DNA of 64,000 bases from an uncultured Verrucomicrobiae bacterium (lineage in GTDB: Bacteria > Chlamydiota > Chlamydiia > Chlamydiales > Rhabdochlamydiaceae). The DNA lies in NCBI GenBank assembly GCA_963806855.1, contig CAWDYW010000001.1, positions 1,385,275 to 1,449,274 on the forward strand, given 5' to 3'. The translations under genes were made by a program, and so were the position numbers. The notes beneath the pieces were generated by a model, which was not told the DNA's origin, did no database searches, and saw only the letters and a program-made list of their open reading frames with translations. Below, one piece after another: positions 49,207 to 57,992 of the stretch (positions are counted from its first letter, which is position 1; each line of letters begins with the position of its first letter).

Positions 49207-49373
49207 TAGGGCCTGTCGTCAAATTCCGAATGGCTGAATTCGAGATTATTTTCTCCCTAGGAGGCGATAACGAATCAGGGGTCATATTGGCCAATATTAC
49301 CCCTGATTCGTTATCGCCTTCTAGGGGAAAAGAACTCGAATTCAGCAGATTCGGAATTTGACGACAGGCCCTA
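49207..49373. mobile_element. Palindromic miniature element, type D
   Basis: TA-gggcctgtcgtcaaattccgaat...attcggaatttgacgacaggccc-TA; 167 bp TA to TA; open frame on the minus strand. Confidence 0.92.
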
Positions 49374-50078
49374 GGAAAACTTGGCCAATAGGACAAACGA
49401 CCCTAAAGCGAATGCCGAAAAAGCCACCCCCGCTGCTTTATTGCAGATCCCCTCTTTGCCGAACCGATTAATGGCTATGAACAATGATCCGGCAGCGATA
49501 GCTGTGACGATCATTTGCTCTGCTGATGAAAGGATTCGAGGGGTATGGGCTGGAGGATCCCAAGTACAGACTTCCGAGAGCAAGGGCAACTTCTCTAACT
49601 CTACGACCGGCTTGAAACACCTTACAACCTTATCAAAGGAACCATTCACCTCAAGACTCTCACAGACCTCTTTTCCTTCCGTCCAAAATTCATAGACCAT
49701 TTGGGTCTTTGGAGATACGGCTTGGCATGTTGCTGCCTGCTGTACCACACATTCCTTTACTGCGGACTCACCAAGTATACTCAGATAGCCGCAACTTTTA
49801 CTTATTTGCCCCAAACATTTGTCAACCACCGGCTTTAACTTATCGGTCCCATCATCTAGGACCATCTTGATAGCATTTTGAGTCGAATCGTTTCTAAATT
49901 GCCCCATATAGCTATATGAATATTTTGTACCAGACCCATAATGAAATGAACCAAAGCTTGATATAGAAAACTCTTCTTGAGCAATTAACCCGTTCGCCAT
50001 TGACAATATTTCGTCTATAAAACGGGCAGGGCAATTTGGTAAATATTGCCTCATTTTGTCAGAAATCTCGGATAGCAT
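49371..50078 (-). CDS. Cys-patterned protein with C-terminal double-TM anchor
   Basis: WTEGKEVCESL..VRCF..LLSEVC then two TMs; GGAG RBS. Confidence 0.75.
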   Translation of the reverse strand: MLSEISDKMRQYLPNCPARFIDEILSMANGLIAQEEFSISSFGSFHYGSGTKYSYSYMGQFRNDSTQNAIKMVLDDGTDKLKPVVDKCLGQISKSCGYLSILGESAVKECVVQQAATCQAVSPKTQMVYEFWTEGKEVCESLEVNGSFDKVVRCFKPVVELEKLPLLSEVCTWDPPAHTPRILSSAEQMIVTAIAAGSLFIAINRFGKEGICNKAAGVAFSAFALGSFVLLAKFS

Positions 50079-50088
50079 CTAATTCTCC

Positions 50089-50811
50089 TTAAACTTTTTG
50101 CAGAAAGTTAAAAGAAAACCCATCAATGGCAACCAGCCGAATCGCTTCCTTTTCCGCATCGACCTCATATAGTGCTGTGGCCCCAGTTTTTGGATCGTTG
50201 AATGGAGGTTCACGGTAATCGATTTCAATCCCCGCTTTTTCGAGCGCGCCCATTGCAGGCACCTTAATGCAGGAAACTTTATGACCGAAGGCTAAAATCA
50301 GCCCGCCAGGATGCTCCTTCGCCACTTTGAACATAAACGGCTCGACCCGTGCAAAAACCTCCTCAAAACTCTCTCCATCATCGACAACTTTATAGGACCA
50401 TTTCTGCTTCCAATTCATCTCTTTCGTTTCGGCTTTTTCCTTTGCAGAAAACTGACTGTATATCGCTTCTGGATGCCCGTCGAGAGCCTCGCCAAAGAAC
50501 TTCTCCTTCAATGCATCATCGACGTTAGGTTGAATACCAATTCCAAGCTTCTCCAAAGCCAATTCTGTGGTCTGCACAGCGCGCTTCAGCGAAGAAGTAT
50601 AAACAGCATTAATCTGATCCTTAAAAGGGACAAGAGACTCGCCCAAGTTCATCGCATCGCGCCGTCCATCTTCGGTCAAATCGAGATTGGCCCGGTCGCT
50701 CGATCCCCCCACACACTTCTGACGATTGACCTCCGATTCCCCATGGCGGGCAAATAGGACATAGGTCTTGCCTGGTTCGAGTTTGTATTCAAAGGTATTT
50801 CCTATTGACAT
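50089..50811 (-). CDS. Histidine phosphatase (phosphoglycerate mutase family)
   Basis: FARHGES, YTSSLKRAVQT, GESFEEV, AFGH. Confidence 0.92.
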   Translation of the reverse strand: MSIGNTFEYKLEPGKTYVLFARHGESEVNRQKCVGGSSDRANLDLTEDGRRDAMNLGESLVPFKDQINAVYTSSLKRAVQTTELALEKLGIGIQPNVDDALKEKFFGEALDGHPEAIYSQFSAKEKAETKEMNWKQKWSYKVVDDGESFEEVFARVEPFMFKVAKEHPGGLILAFGHKVSCIKVPAMGALEKAGIEIDYREPPFNDPKTGATALYEVDAEKEAIRLVAIDGFSFNFLQKV

Positions 50812-50892
50812 CAATTTCTCCTAGATAAAAAGATCATTATATAATGCCGAGCCATTTAAATGCAAGTAATTTAAATAATTATCTACTTATAT

Positions 50893-51450
50893 TTACCATG
50901 AAACCGTAGTTTCCACTGGAAATAAGCTATCGGAAAGAACCGCAAGCCCCACAACACACACAGCAAACCAAGCACATCCTTGGACATTCCTTTTATCTTG
51001 AAAGGCCTTGATAGATTTATAAAGACCCAAAGCACCGATCACTCCCCCAATAAGAGGATAATAATTCGTTTTTACATCAGAGACACAGGTTTCTTGAAGC
51101 AAAGAGGCATTAAATTTGCCTAAATAACATTTTTGCACAGTTTCTGTCGTCCCAGCTGTAACAGAGAGACTTTCGCAGATCTGACTTCCCTCTTTCCAGG
51201 CCTGGTGGATCATCTCTTTATTCGGGATTCCGCTTTGAGAAATGAGCGTTACGACTCTATCCCCAACGATCTCCGAATGATATACCGTGGTACTCTGTAG
51301 CTTCCCGTATAATAAAGATCCGCTGTCTGCATAAAATGTTCCGACCCCTGAACCTGATTCGACACCAACAAATGCCATCCTGGTTAATGGGATGTTTGAA
51401 CAAGCAAATGAAGGGACTTGTGACTTGAAAGCTGATGTTACTGTATCCAT
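50893..51450 (-). CDS. Cys-patterned protein with C-terminal double-TM anchor
   Basis: WKEGSQICESL..QKCY..LLQETC then two TMs; AGGAG RBS. Confidence 0.75.
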   Translation of the reverse strand: MDTVTSAFKSQVPSFACSNIPLTRMAFVGVESGSGVGTFYADSGSLLYGKLQSTTVYHSEIVGDRVVTLISQSGIPNKEMIHQAWKEGSQICESLSVTAGTTETVQKCYLGKFNASLLQETCVSDVKTNYYPLIGGVIGALGLYKSIKAFQDKRNVQGCAWFAVCVVGLAVLSDSLFPVETTVSW

Positions 51451-51541
51451 TTTTCTCTCCTGGCGTTAAAAGAGCAAAAGAGTACCGATTTTCTCGGATA
51501 AGCACAAGACAAAATGGTGCAGTCTTTATCCAGAGAGACGA

Positions 51542-52060
51542 TTAAGAAAAATAGATTCTGGGAAGAGCGATCGAAGCAACGCCTATGGCCACCCAACCCA
51601 ATCCATATCCATTATTGCCAGCTTTAAAATTCTGATAGGCTTTCAGAGCTGCACCGACCCCTGCAATCACACCAACCGTTTGAGCAACAGCAGGAAGATA
51701 GGAAGAAGCCGCCGTAGTTTGGTAGCTCTTGCATGTCTCCTGATAGAGACGCGCATCAAAGGGGGCATCGTAACAGCGGTGAGCAATGAACTCCTGTTTA
51801 AATTCTGACGGGTAGAATGTGATACTTTCACAAGTGTGTCCGGGTCCTGTGAAATCGGGTCCTTGCGCGCCATATCTAATATAGGTGCGAGTCGTTTTAT
51901 CTACATCCATCATAGCCAAACCTTTCGCATCTGCTCGAATCTCGCCTGCACTGCCAAAACGAAATGTCTTAGAATTTAAATTGTTAAATCTAGATTTAAT
52001 TTCACCAAGCAATTCGGGCCGGCAAATTTCTCTCATCAAATTTTCTTTAATAGCTTGCAT
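51542..52060 (-). CDS. Cys-patterned protein with C-terminal double-TM anchor
   Basis: HTCESI..HRCY..LYQETC then two TMs; AAGGAG RBS. Confidence 0.75.
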   Translation of the reverse strand: MQAIKENLMREICRPELLGEIKSRFNNLNSKTFRFGSAGEIRADAKGLAMMDVDKTTRTYIRYGAQGPDFTGPGHTCESITFYPSEFKQEFIAHRCYDAPFDARLYQETCKSYQTTAASSYLPAVAQTVGVIAGVGAALKAYQNFKAGNNGYGLGWVAIGVASIALPRIYFS

Positions 52061-52130
52061 AAGTTCTCCTTATAAGATATAGAAATATTATAAGGTTTCT
52101 CTTGTATTGGATCAACTAAGAAACAAATTT

Positions 52131-52844
52131 TTAATTCATAATCTGAATATTTCTTTTGGCGGCGATTTCGAGCAAAGCCTTTTCGGAGGTGATTTCCCAG
52201 TCGCAGAATCTCCATAGATCGTAAGAATAATTCCATACAGTATGAGCGCCAATAGCAGCTGCTAAACCGAATTTCTCATAGATGACGCCATAAGCGATCC
52301 CTGCACCTAAGTTATGTAGAGCAGCATGTCGCGCTTCATAACCCAATTCAGCTGCGCTTAAGCGTGAAGTAGAGGCTATAATTCCTGGTACACCATAATG
52401 AGCAAGCCCAAATAGGGTAGCGACAATCCCAATCCGAATCAGCTGCCCCTTAGTTAGAAACGGAGCCGAACCATTTTTGATAGGTTCCTGTCTAATTGGT
52501 GGAGCCGCCGATTTTTTTGCTTTGGGTGTAAAGTAGGAGAGAATTTTGTCCTGAAGGAGCCAACGAAAAGCTACTTCTTCAATAACAGGATCAAGGAGAT
52601 TTCCTGTAAAGAGAATCCCAGCAAGAGCCGCAAATCGAATGGGCAACGATCCTTCAGGTAATACTTGTCTATAGGCTGGAGCATAATTGGTTTGGAAGTC
52701 CCGAATTAAAAGCCCGATGGTGTTCATCTTTGTTAGCCCGACCAGTTGCCCTAAAACTGTTACTCCAGTAGCACAAGCCAGCACGGCTGGAACCCCATAT
52801 TGTAAGCCCAGGCGATAATTTGATAAGTGTTTAGATACTTCCAT
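52131..52844 (-). CDS. CPBP/Abi-family intramembrane protease
   Basis: PVIEEVAFR, LFGLAH, AHTVWN. Confidence 0.85.
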   Translation of the reverse strand: MEVSKHLSNYRLGLQYGVPAVLACATGVTVLGQLVGLTKMNTIGLLIRDFQTNYAPAYRQVLPEGSLPIRFAALAGILFTGNLLDPVIEEVAFRWLLQDKILSYFTPKAKKSAAPPIRQEPIKNGSAPFLTKGQLIRIGIVATLFGLAHYGVPGIIASTSRLSAAELGYEARHAALHNLGAGIAYGVIYEKFGLAAAIGAHTVWNYSYDLWRFCDWEITSEKALLEIAAKRNIQIMN

Positions 52845-52888
52845 TTTTATCCATTTATTATTACTAATGATATAGCATAATAAATATA

Positions 52889-54442
52889 TTATTTCAAGGC
52901 TTTAATTTGGTCGCGATTGACCTCAAGCACTTTGGTGGCCACACTTTGGATGAAGTAGCGGTCGTGGCTGACGAAGATCACGGTGCCGGGGAAGGCGATG
53001 AGGGCATTGCCGAGCGCCTCTTTCGACTCGAGGTCGAGGTGGTTGGTCGGCTCATCGAGGACGAGGATATTGGCTCCCGAGAGCATGATTTTGGCCAGAA
53101 GTAGGCGGGCCATCTCTCCCCCGCTGAGCATGAAGATCTTTTTGTTGGTGTCTTCAGGACGAAAGAGGAGGCGGCCGAGGATCTGCCGTCTTTTCTCTTC
53201 GGTGAGGCCGACTGTCTCTTTTTCGAGCCACGCCAGCACGGTCTCATCGCCGACAAAGAGGTGCTTGTGCTCTTGATGGAAGATGGAGATTTCGACTTGG
53301 TGGCCAAGTGTTACAGTTCCGTCGTCTGGCAGCAGTTGGTTGGTGAGCATTTTGATCATGGTGGTTTTGCCGCCGCCGTTTTTGCCGATGAAGGCGATCC
53401 GCTCGCCCCGTTGGATTTCAAGATCGAGGGGGCCGATGAGGATATCGGGATCGAAGATCTTGGAGAGTCGTTTGGCTTTGATCGGGATTTGGCCCGAACG
53501 GGTTTTCTGGATGAAGCCAAATTGGGGGCTGCGGCGCGAGGAGATGCCGATGTCTGGCCAGACGATCTTCTCGATCATTTTCTTCCGGGCATTGGCTTGG
53601 GCCGCTTTAGTCGCTTTGGCCCCAAAGCGTTCGATAAACCGCTCCATCTTGGCCACTTTATCTTCGAGGCGGGCATGCTCTTTCTGTTTTTGCTCAACGA
53701 TCTCGACCTTCTTTTTCAGGAACTGCGAATAGGTGCCCGGATAGGTGAGGATTTGTCCATAATCGATGTCGAGGACGCAGGTGCCGATGTTTTCGAGGAA
53801 GCGTTGATCGTGCGAGACGGCGATGATCAACCCTTGGTAAGTCTCGATCAGATACTTTTCAAACCAGGCAATGGTGTCGATATCGAGATAGTTGGTCGGC
53901 TCGTCGAGAAGGAGGATATCGGGGTTGTTGAAGAGTAGCTGCGCAAGAAGAACGCGCATCTTCCATCCACCGGAGAACTGTTTGAGTGGCTCGCGGTGTT
54001 TTTCTGGCGCTATGCCAAGACCGATCAGAAGCGCTTCAGCATCTGCTTCAGCACGGTAACCGCCAAGGCGATTGATCCGCTCTTCGAGCTTTCCGAGACG
54101 GTTTGAATCTTCATCGGTCCAATGGGGGCGTTGTAGAAGCTGATCTTTGGCTTGAAGCGCTTCCCAAAGCTCTTCTCTACCCAAAATAACCACATTGACG
54201 ATCGGCATCTCATCGTAGAGATGCAGCACCTGTTTCATCCAACCGATTTGGGAGGCTTTGGCGCGGGTTATTGTCCCAATGGTGGGGCTCAACTCTCCAG
54301 CGAGGAGGGTTAAGAAGGTCGATTTGCCAGTTCCATTGGCTCCGACGACGATATACCGGTATTTATTCGATAGTGTGAGGTTGACGTCATCGAAGAGGAC
54401 CCGATCGCCATACTGCAGGGAAACTTCTTCAACAGTGATCAT
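52889..54442 (-). CDS. ABC-F family ATPase
   Basis: Two ABC domains (GANGTGKST, FSGGW; GKNGGGKTT, LSGGE; LDEPTN x2), no TMs. Confidence 0.95.
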   Translation of the reverse strand: MITVEEVSLQYGDRVLFDDVNLTLSNKYRYIVVGANGTGKSTFLTLLAGELSPTIGTITRAKASQIGWMKQVLHLYDEMPIVNVVILGREELWEALQAKDQLLQRPHWTDEDSNRLGKLEERINRLGGYRAEADAEALLIGLGIAPEKHREPLKQFSGGWKMRVLLAQLLFNNPDILLLDEPTNYLDIDTIAWFEKYLIETYQGLIIAVSHDQRFLENIGTCVLDIDYGQILTYPGTYSQFLKKKVEIVEQKQKEHARLEDKVAKMERFIERFGAKATKAAQANARKKMIEKIVWPDIGISSRRSPQFGFIQKTRSGQIPIKAKRLSKIFDPDILIGPLDLEIQRGERIAFIGKNGGGKTTMIKMLTNQLLPDDGTVTLGHQVEISIFHQEHKHLFVGDETVLAWLEKETVGLTEEKRRQILGRLLFRPEDTNKKIFMLSGGEMARLLLAKIMLSGANILVLDEPTNHLDLESKEALGNALIAFPGTVIFVSHDRYFIQSVATKVLEVNRDQIKALK

Positions 54443-54445
54443 AAT

Positions 54446-55465
54446 TTAGAACTGGGCAAGTAGGCGCATATCATTTTCGGTAAACATCCGGATGTCGCTG
54501 ATGCCGTAGCGGAGCATCGCTTGCCGCTCGATCCCCATCCCCCAAGCAAAGCCAGAGTATTCATGTGGATCGATCCCTCCGTTCTTGAGCACTTCAGGAT
54601 GGACCATGCCTGCGCCAGACACCTCTAACCACCCAGTATGCTTGCATAGCCGACATCCTTTGCCTTTACATGCAGTGCATCTGAGGTCGACTTCCACGCC
54701 TGGTTCGGTGAATGGGAAGTAACTTGGTCGGAAACGCATTTCGACGGATTCATTAAATATTTTGCTCCATAATTCTTCCATCGTAACAAAGAGATCTGCC
54801 AACGAGACATTCTTATCGACATAGAGCCCTTCGATTTGGTGGAAGAAGACGTGGGAGCGGGCACTGATGTTCTCATTGCGGAAGACGGTGCCTGGAGCGA
54901 TAACGCGGATCGGCGGATTGCGCCCTTCCATTGCCCGAAGTTGGACGTTGGAGGTTTGAGAACGGAGCAGCAGGTTTTCGGTGACGTAGAACGTATCCTG
55001 CATATCGCGCGCAGGGTGATCGGGTGGATAGTTTAGCCCTTCGAAATTGTACCATTCAGAATCGATCTCGGGACCACATTGAACCGAGAAGCCCATCCCA
55101 ATCATAATATCAACTAATTCGCGCATCATGAGACGGATTGGATGGAAATGGCCCAAGTAGCGGGTCTTACCAGGTAAGCTGATATCGATTTTTTCCGTTT
55201 CGAGCTGTGCCTTCGCTTCCGCTTTGAGAAATCCATCGGCAGCCTCTTGCAAAAGCAGTTCGATCTCCCCTTTCAGCTCGTTGATCACTTTGCCCATTTG
55301 GGGGCGGAGTCCAGGATCGACATTGCGCAGCTCAAGCATCAAGGCTTGGATAGGCCCTTTCTTGCCTGTGTACTTGACTTTAAGCTGTTCGACCTCTTTG
55401 GAATCGGTCGCAGTGCTTAGATCGTGTTGAAAGGCTTTTTTTAGGGATAGAAGTTTCTCTTCCAC
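54446..55465 (-). CDS. pheS: Phenylalanine-tRNA ligase alpha subunit
   Basis: HPARDMQDTFY, FHQIEGL, FRPSYFPFTEP, GFAWGMGIER. Confidence 0.98.
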   Translation of the reverse strand: MEEKLLSLKKAFQHDLSTATDSKEVEQLKVKYTGKKGPIQALMLELRNVDPGLRPQMGKVINELKGEIELLLQEAADGFLKAEAKAQLETEKIDISLPGKTRYLGHFHPIRLMMRELVDIMIGMGFSVQCGPEIDSEWYNFEGLNYPPDHPARDMQDTFYVTENLLLRSQTSNVQLRAMEGRNPPIRVIAPGTVFRNENISARSHVFFHQIEGLYVDKNVSLADLFVTMEELWSKIFNESVEMRFRPSYFPFTEPGVEVDLRCTACKGKGCRLCKHTGWLEVSGAGMVHPEVLKNGGIDPHEYSGFAWGMGIERQAMLRYGISDIRMFTENDMRLLAQF

Positions 55466-55482
55466 GGGGGCAACTCGAGGTT

Positions 55483-55514
55483 AAAAAAGGGAGCGGCCCA
55501 TTTGGGCCACTCTC
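55483..55514 (-). terminator. Rho-independent terminator after rplT
   Basis: Minus strand gagagtggccc-aaat-gggccgctccc followed by a T run. Confidence 0.75.
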
Positions 55515-55516
55515 AT

Positions 55517-55873
55517 TTAGGCTAATGCTTTTTTCGCTTGGCTTGCGACTGCGGCAAAGCTGTCTGGATCGCGGATGGCCATCTCAGAGAGCATTTTGCG
55601 GTTTATATTGCAGCCAGATTCTGCCAATCCATGGATAATACGGCTATAGGAGATGCCATTGATTTTGGCAGCAACTCCGATGCGGATAATCCATAATCTG
55701 CGGAAATCTCTTTTGCGGTCCTTGCGGTGCGTTGTACTGAATGCAAGTGCCGACATAACGGCATCTTTAGTCAATCGAACGTGGTTTTTGCGATCGCCGA
55801 CGAAACCTTTGGCAAGTTTCATTAATCGTTTACGTCTGCGATGTCTAGCTACAGAACATGTTGCTCTCGTCAT
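55517..55873 (-). CDS. rplT: 50S ribosomal protein L20
   Basis: KLAKGF, RKRDFRRLWIIRI, NRKMLSEMA. Confidence 0.98.
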   Translation of the reverse strand: MTRATCSVARHRRRKRLMKLAKGFVGDRKNHVRLTKDAVMSALAFSTTHRKDRKRDFRRLWIIRIGVAAKINGISYSRIIHGLAESGCNINRKMLSEMAIRDPDSFAAVASQAKKALA

Positions 55874-55876
55874 TTT

Positions 55877-56080
55877 TTATGCTCCTATTAAACGGGCAAT
55901 TTTTTTAGTTATTGTCTTATCGACAAGGGTCGATTTTCCCAAACGGCGTTTTCTATTAGACGATTTTTTCGTCAGCATGTGCCGTTTACCGGGTTTGCGA
56001 CGCTTCAGTTTTCCGGTCCCTGTGACCTTATACTTGGCTTTCATCGCCTTTTTTGGCTTCGCTTTCACTTTCACTTTCAC
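55877..56080 (-). CDS. rpmI: 50S ribosomal protein L35
   Basis: AAGGAG then GTG; KVTGTGK, GKRHMLTKKS; between infC and rplT. Confidence 0.95.
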   Translation of the reverse strand: MKVKVKAKPKKAMKAKYKVTGTGKLKRRKPGKRHMLTKKSSNRKRRLGKSTLVDKTITKKIARLIGA

Positions 56081-56597
56081 GGATTTGCTCCTTCATCTTT
56101 TTTGCACCAGGCGTCAATGTCACCGATAAGATACGGCCAATCTGCTTTGGGAATGCCTCGGCAGTCGCGATATCTAAAAGTTGTTCGATCATCTTCTGGA
56201 CAACCTTTTTCCCGATCTCAGGGTGAGCCATCTCACGCCCTTTAAATGTACAGGTGATCCGCACCTTGTCGCCCTTTAGGATAAACCCGCGGGCCATCTT
56301 CAGCTTCACTTGCAGATCGTGCTCATCTGTATTCGGTTTTACTTTTACTTCTTTGACTTTTACCTGGTGCTGTGCTTTTTTACTTTCTTTTTCTTTCTTA
56401 GTCTGCTGGTATCGAAACTTACCATAGTCTATCACCTTACAAACAGGTGGTTGTGCATTTGGGGAAATCTCCACTAGGTCGAGCTTCTCATTTTCTGCCA
56501 TTGTGAGCGCATCCTGAATAGATAAGATGCCGACCTGCTCTCCATTTTTATCGATCACGCGCACTTTTGCGGCACGGATCTGCCTATTAATTCTCAA
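56028..56597 (-). CDS. infC: Translation initiation factor IF-3 (3' end may be over-extended by an indel near 56100)
   Basis: RINRQIR, DLVEISPNAQPPVCKVIDYGK, KVKEVK, GREMAH. Confidence 0.97.
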   Translation of the reverse strand: MRINRQIRAAKVRVIDKNGEQVGILSIQDALTMAENEKLDLVEISPNAQPPVCKVIDYGKFRYQQTKKEKESKKAQHQVKVKEVKVKPNTDEHDLQVKLKMARGFILKGDKVRITCTFKGREMAHPEIGKKVVQKMIEQLLDIATAEAFPKQIGRILSVTLTPGAKKMKEQIRESESESEAKKGDESQV

Positions 56598-57882
56598 GTT
56601 TTCGCTCCGCCAAGAATTGTTCCAACTGCTCCATATTCATCGTCTTCTCATGGCTCGAGCCATAGGCTCTAATATTCATCTGCCTAGAATTCTCCTCTCT
56701 TTTTCCAAACACCATAACATAAGGAACTTTCGCGCGCAATGCCCGGTGCATTTTTTCTTTAAGCAAAACAGGCTCCACATCGATGAAAAAGCGGATATTT
56801 TGCCGATTAAAAATATTTATCACTGGCTCTACGTCGACCCCTTCCATCGGCAAAAGCCGCACCTGTTCGGGGGTCAACCAAAATGGGAGCTCGCCCTCAT
56901 ATCTCTCTAGCAGCAGTCCAATAAACCGTTCTAAGTTGCCAAAGAGAGAAAACTCAATCCCTTTCCTTTTCAGCCAAAGTGTCGGCCCAGTCCAATACCG
57001 GCCAAGCGCATCAGCAATCCGCAGCTCCACTTGTGTTTGCTCGCCATCTTCACTGACAAAGTCCATTCCACAAGTCGCCATGGCGTCTTTTAGAGTCCTT
57101 GTCGGTTTCACTAAAACCCACATAGACTCAAAGTTGAAAATATTAATCCATTTTTGGATGAATTGCAAGGAAGAAATGAGACAATCTTCATTAAAACAAT
57201 AACTGCGGTCTTCTAGTCCATTCCAGCAACTAAATTTTTTCCTTCTCAGATCTGGTTCAGAGATTTCATAATACCCTTGGCCTTCGAGCCCTTTGCGCCA
57301 ATAGTCAACTAAGACCCGCCGCAGCGCCATCCCCCTCGGCTGCCAGATCCCCTCGTCAATCAAATCGAGCTCTCTGCCTAAGTATTCGAAGTTCTTTTTC
57401 GGATATTGTCGGTATTTCTTTAAAAAGGATTTTTGATCTTCAGCAGACTGAAAGGCCACCCCTTCAATCGTCACATGCTTTTTTTCCTCAGCAAAGTGGA
57501 ACAAAGAAAAATGAGAGCACTGGACAAGCTCGCCGGTACACAAACCGAAAAAACCACCCATTTCGGCAACAAATACCGTTCCCCCTTGAAGGCAGTCAGC
57601 CCATTTCTTGTGTCCTTTATGCAAGAGCAACTCCCTCGCGTTAGAGGCAACCATCTCCCGCACAACCATCTCTTCCTTCGCCAATGCTCTCATCGCATTT
57701 TCGAGCATCGCCAGATAGGCCTCTTGGAAGGGTTCAGAATGGGTGAATTCAACAGAAAAACCGCGCCCATTGGCATCGGAGAAGCAGATCTGCTCTCTTG
57801 GGAAGATTTTAGAAATGGCTGCACATAACATCAGTGCGCCGAAATGATTAAGGGACGCGTCCCTAGGATTTTGACTTAACAA
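56587..57882 (-). CDS. Degenerate threonyl-tRNA synthetase paralog (start uncertain)
   Basis: DALGRYW, GNLERFIGLLLERYEGELPFWLTPEQV and the anticodon-binding domain align by eye to ThrRS; KPMNCP, motif 2 and the Zn ligands are missing. Confidence 0.8.
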   Translation of the reverse strand: MLSQNPRDASLNHFGALMLCAAISKIFPREQICFSDANGRGFSVEFTHSEPFQEAYLAMLENAMRALAKEEMVVREMVASNARELLLHKGHKKWADCLQGGTVFVAEMGGFFGLCTGELVQCSHFSLFHFAEEKKHVTIEGVAFQSAEDQKSFLKKYRQYPKKNFEYLGRELDLIDEGIWQPRGMALRRVLVDYWRKGLEGQGYYEISEPDLRRKKFSCWNGLEDRSYCFNEDCLISSLQFIQKWINIFNFESMWVLVKPTRTLKDAMATCGMDFVSEDGEQTQVELRIADALGRYWTGPTLWLKRKGIEFSLFGNLERFIGLLLERYEGELPFWLTPEQVRLLPMEGVDVEPVINIFNRQNIRFFIDVEPVLLKEKMHRALRAKVPYVMVFGKREENSRQMNIRAYGSSHEKTMNMEQLEQFLAERKLEN

Positions 57883-57956
57883 TGAGACATAGTTGACTCG
57901 AACAACCGACCTCCACGATGTCAACGTGGCGCTCTAACCAACTGAGCTAATGTCTC
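57883..57956 (-). tRNA. tRNA-Val(GAC)
   Basis: Minus strand GAGACAT/ATGTCTC acceptor stem, CCACG-TTGACAT-CGTGG anticodon arm, GTTCGAGTC; CCA not encoded. Confidence 0.96.
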
Positions 57957-57992
57957 AAATTCATGAAACATGATAGACTACATTGCAATTCT

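Noticed and set aside
49046..49396. 116-aa minus-strand CDS
   Set aside because: Read-through of element D, overlapping two real genes
57883..57924. N-terminal part of the ThrRS-like ORF
   Set aside because: Lies within tRNA-Val
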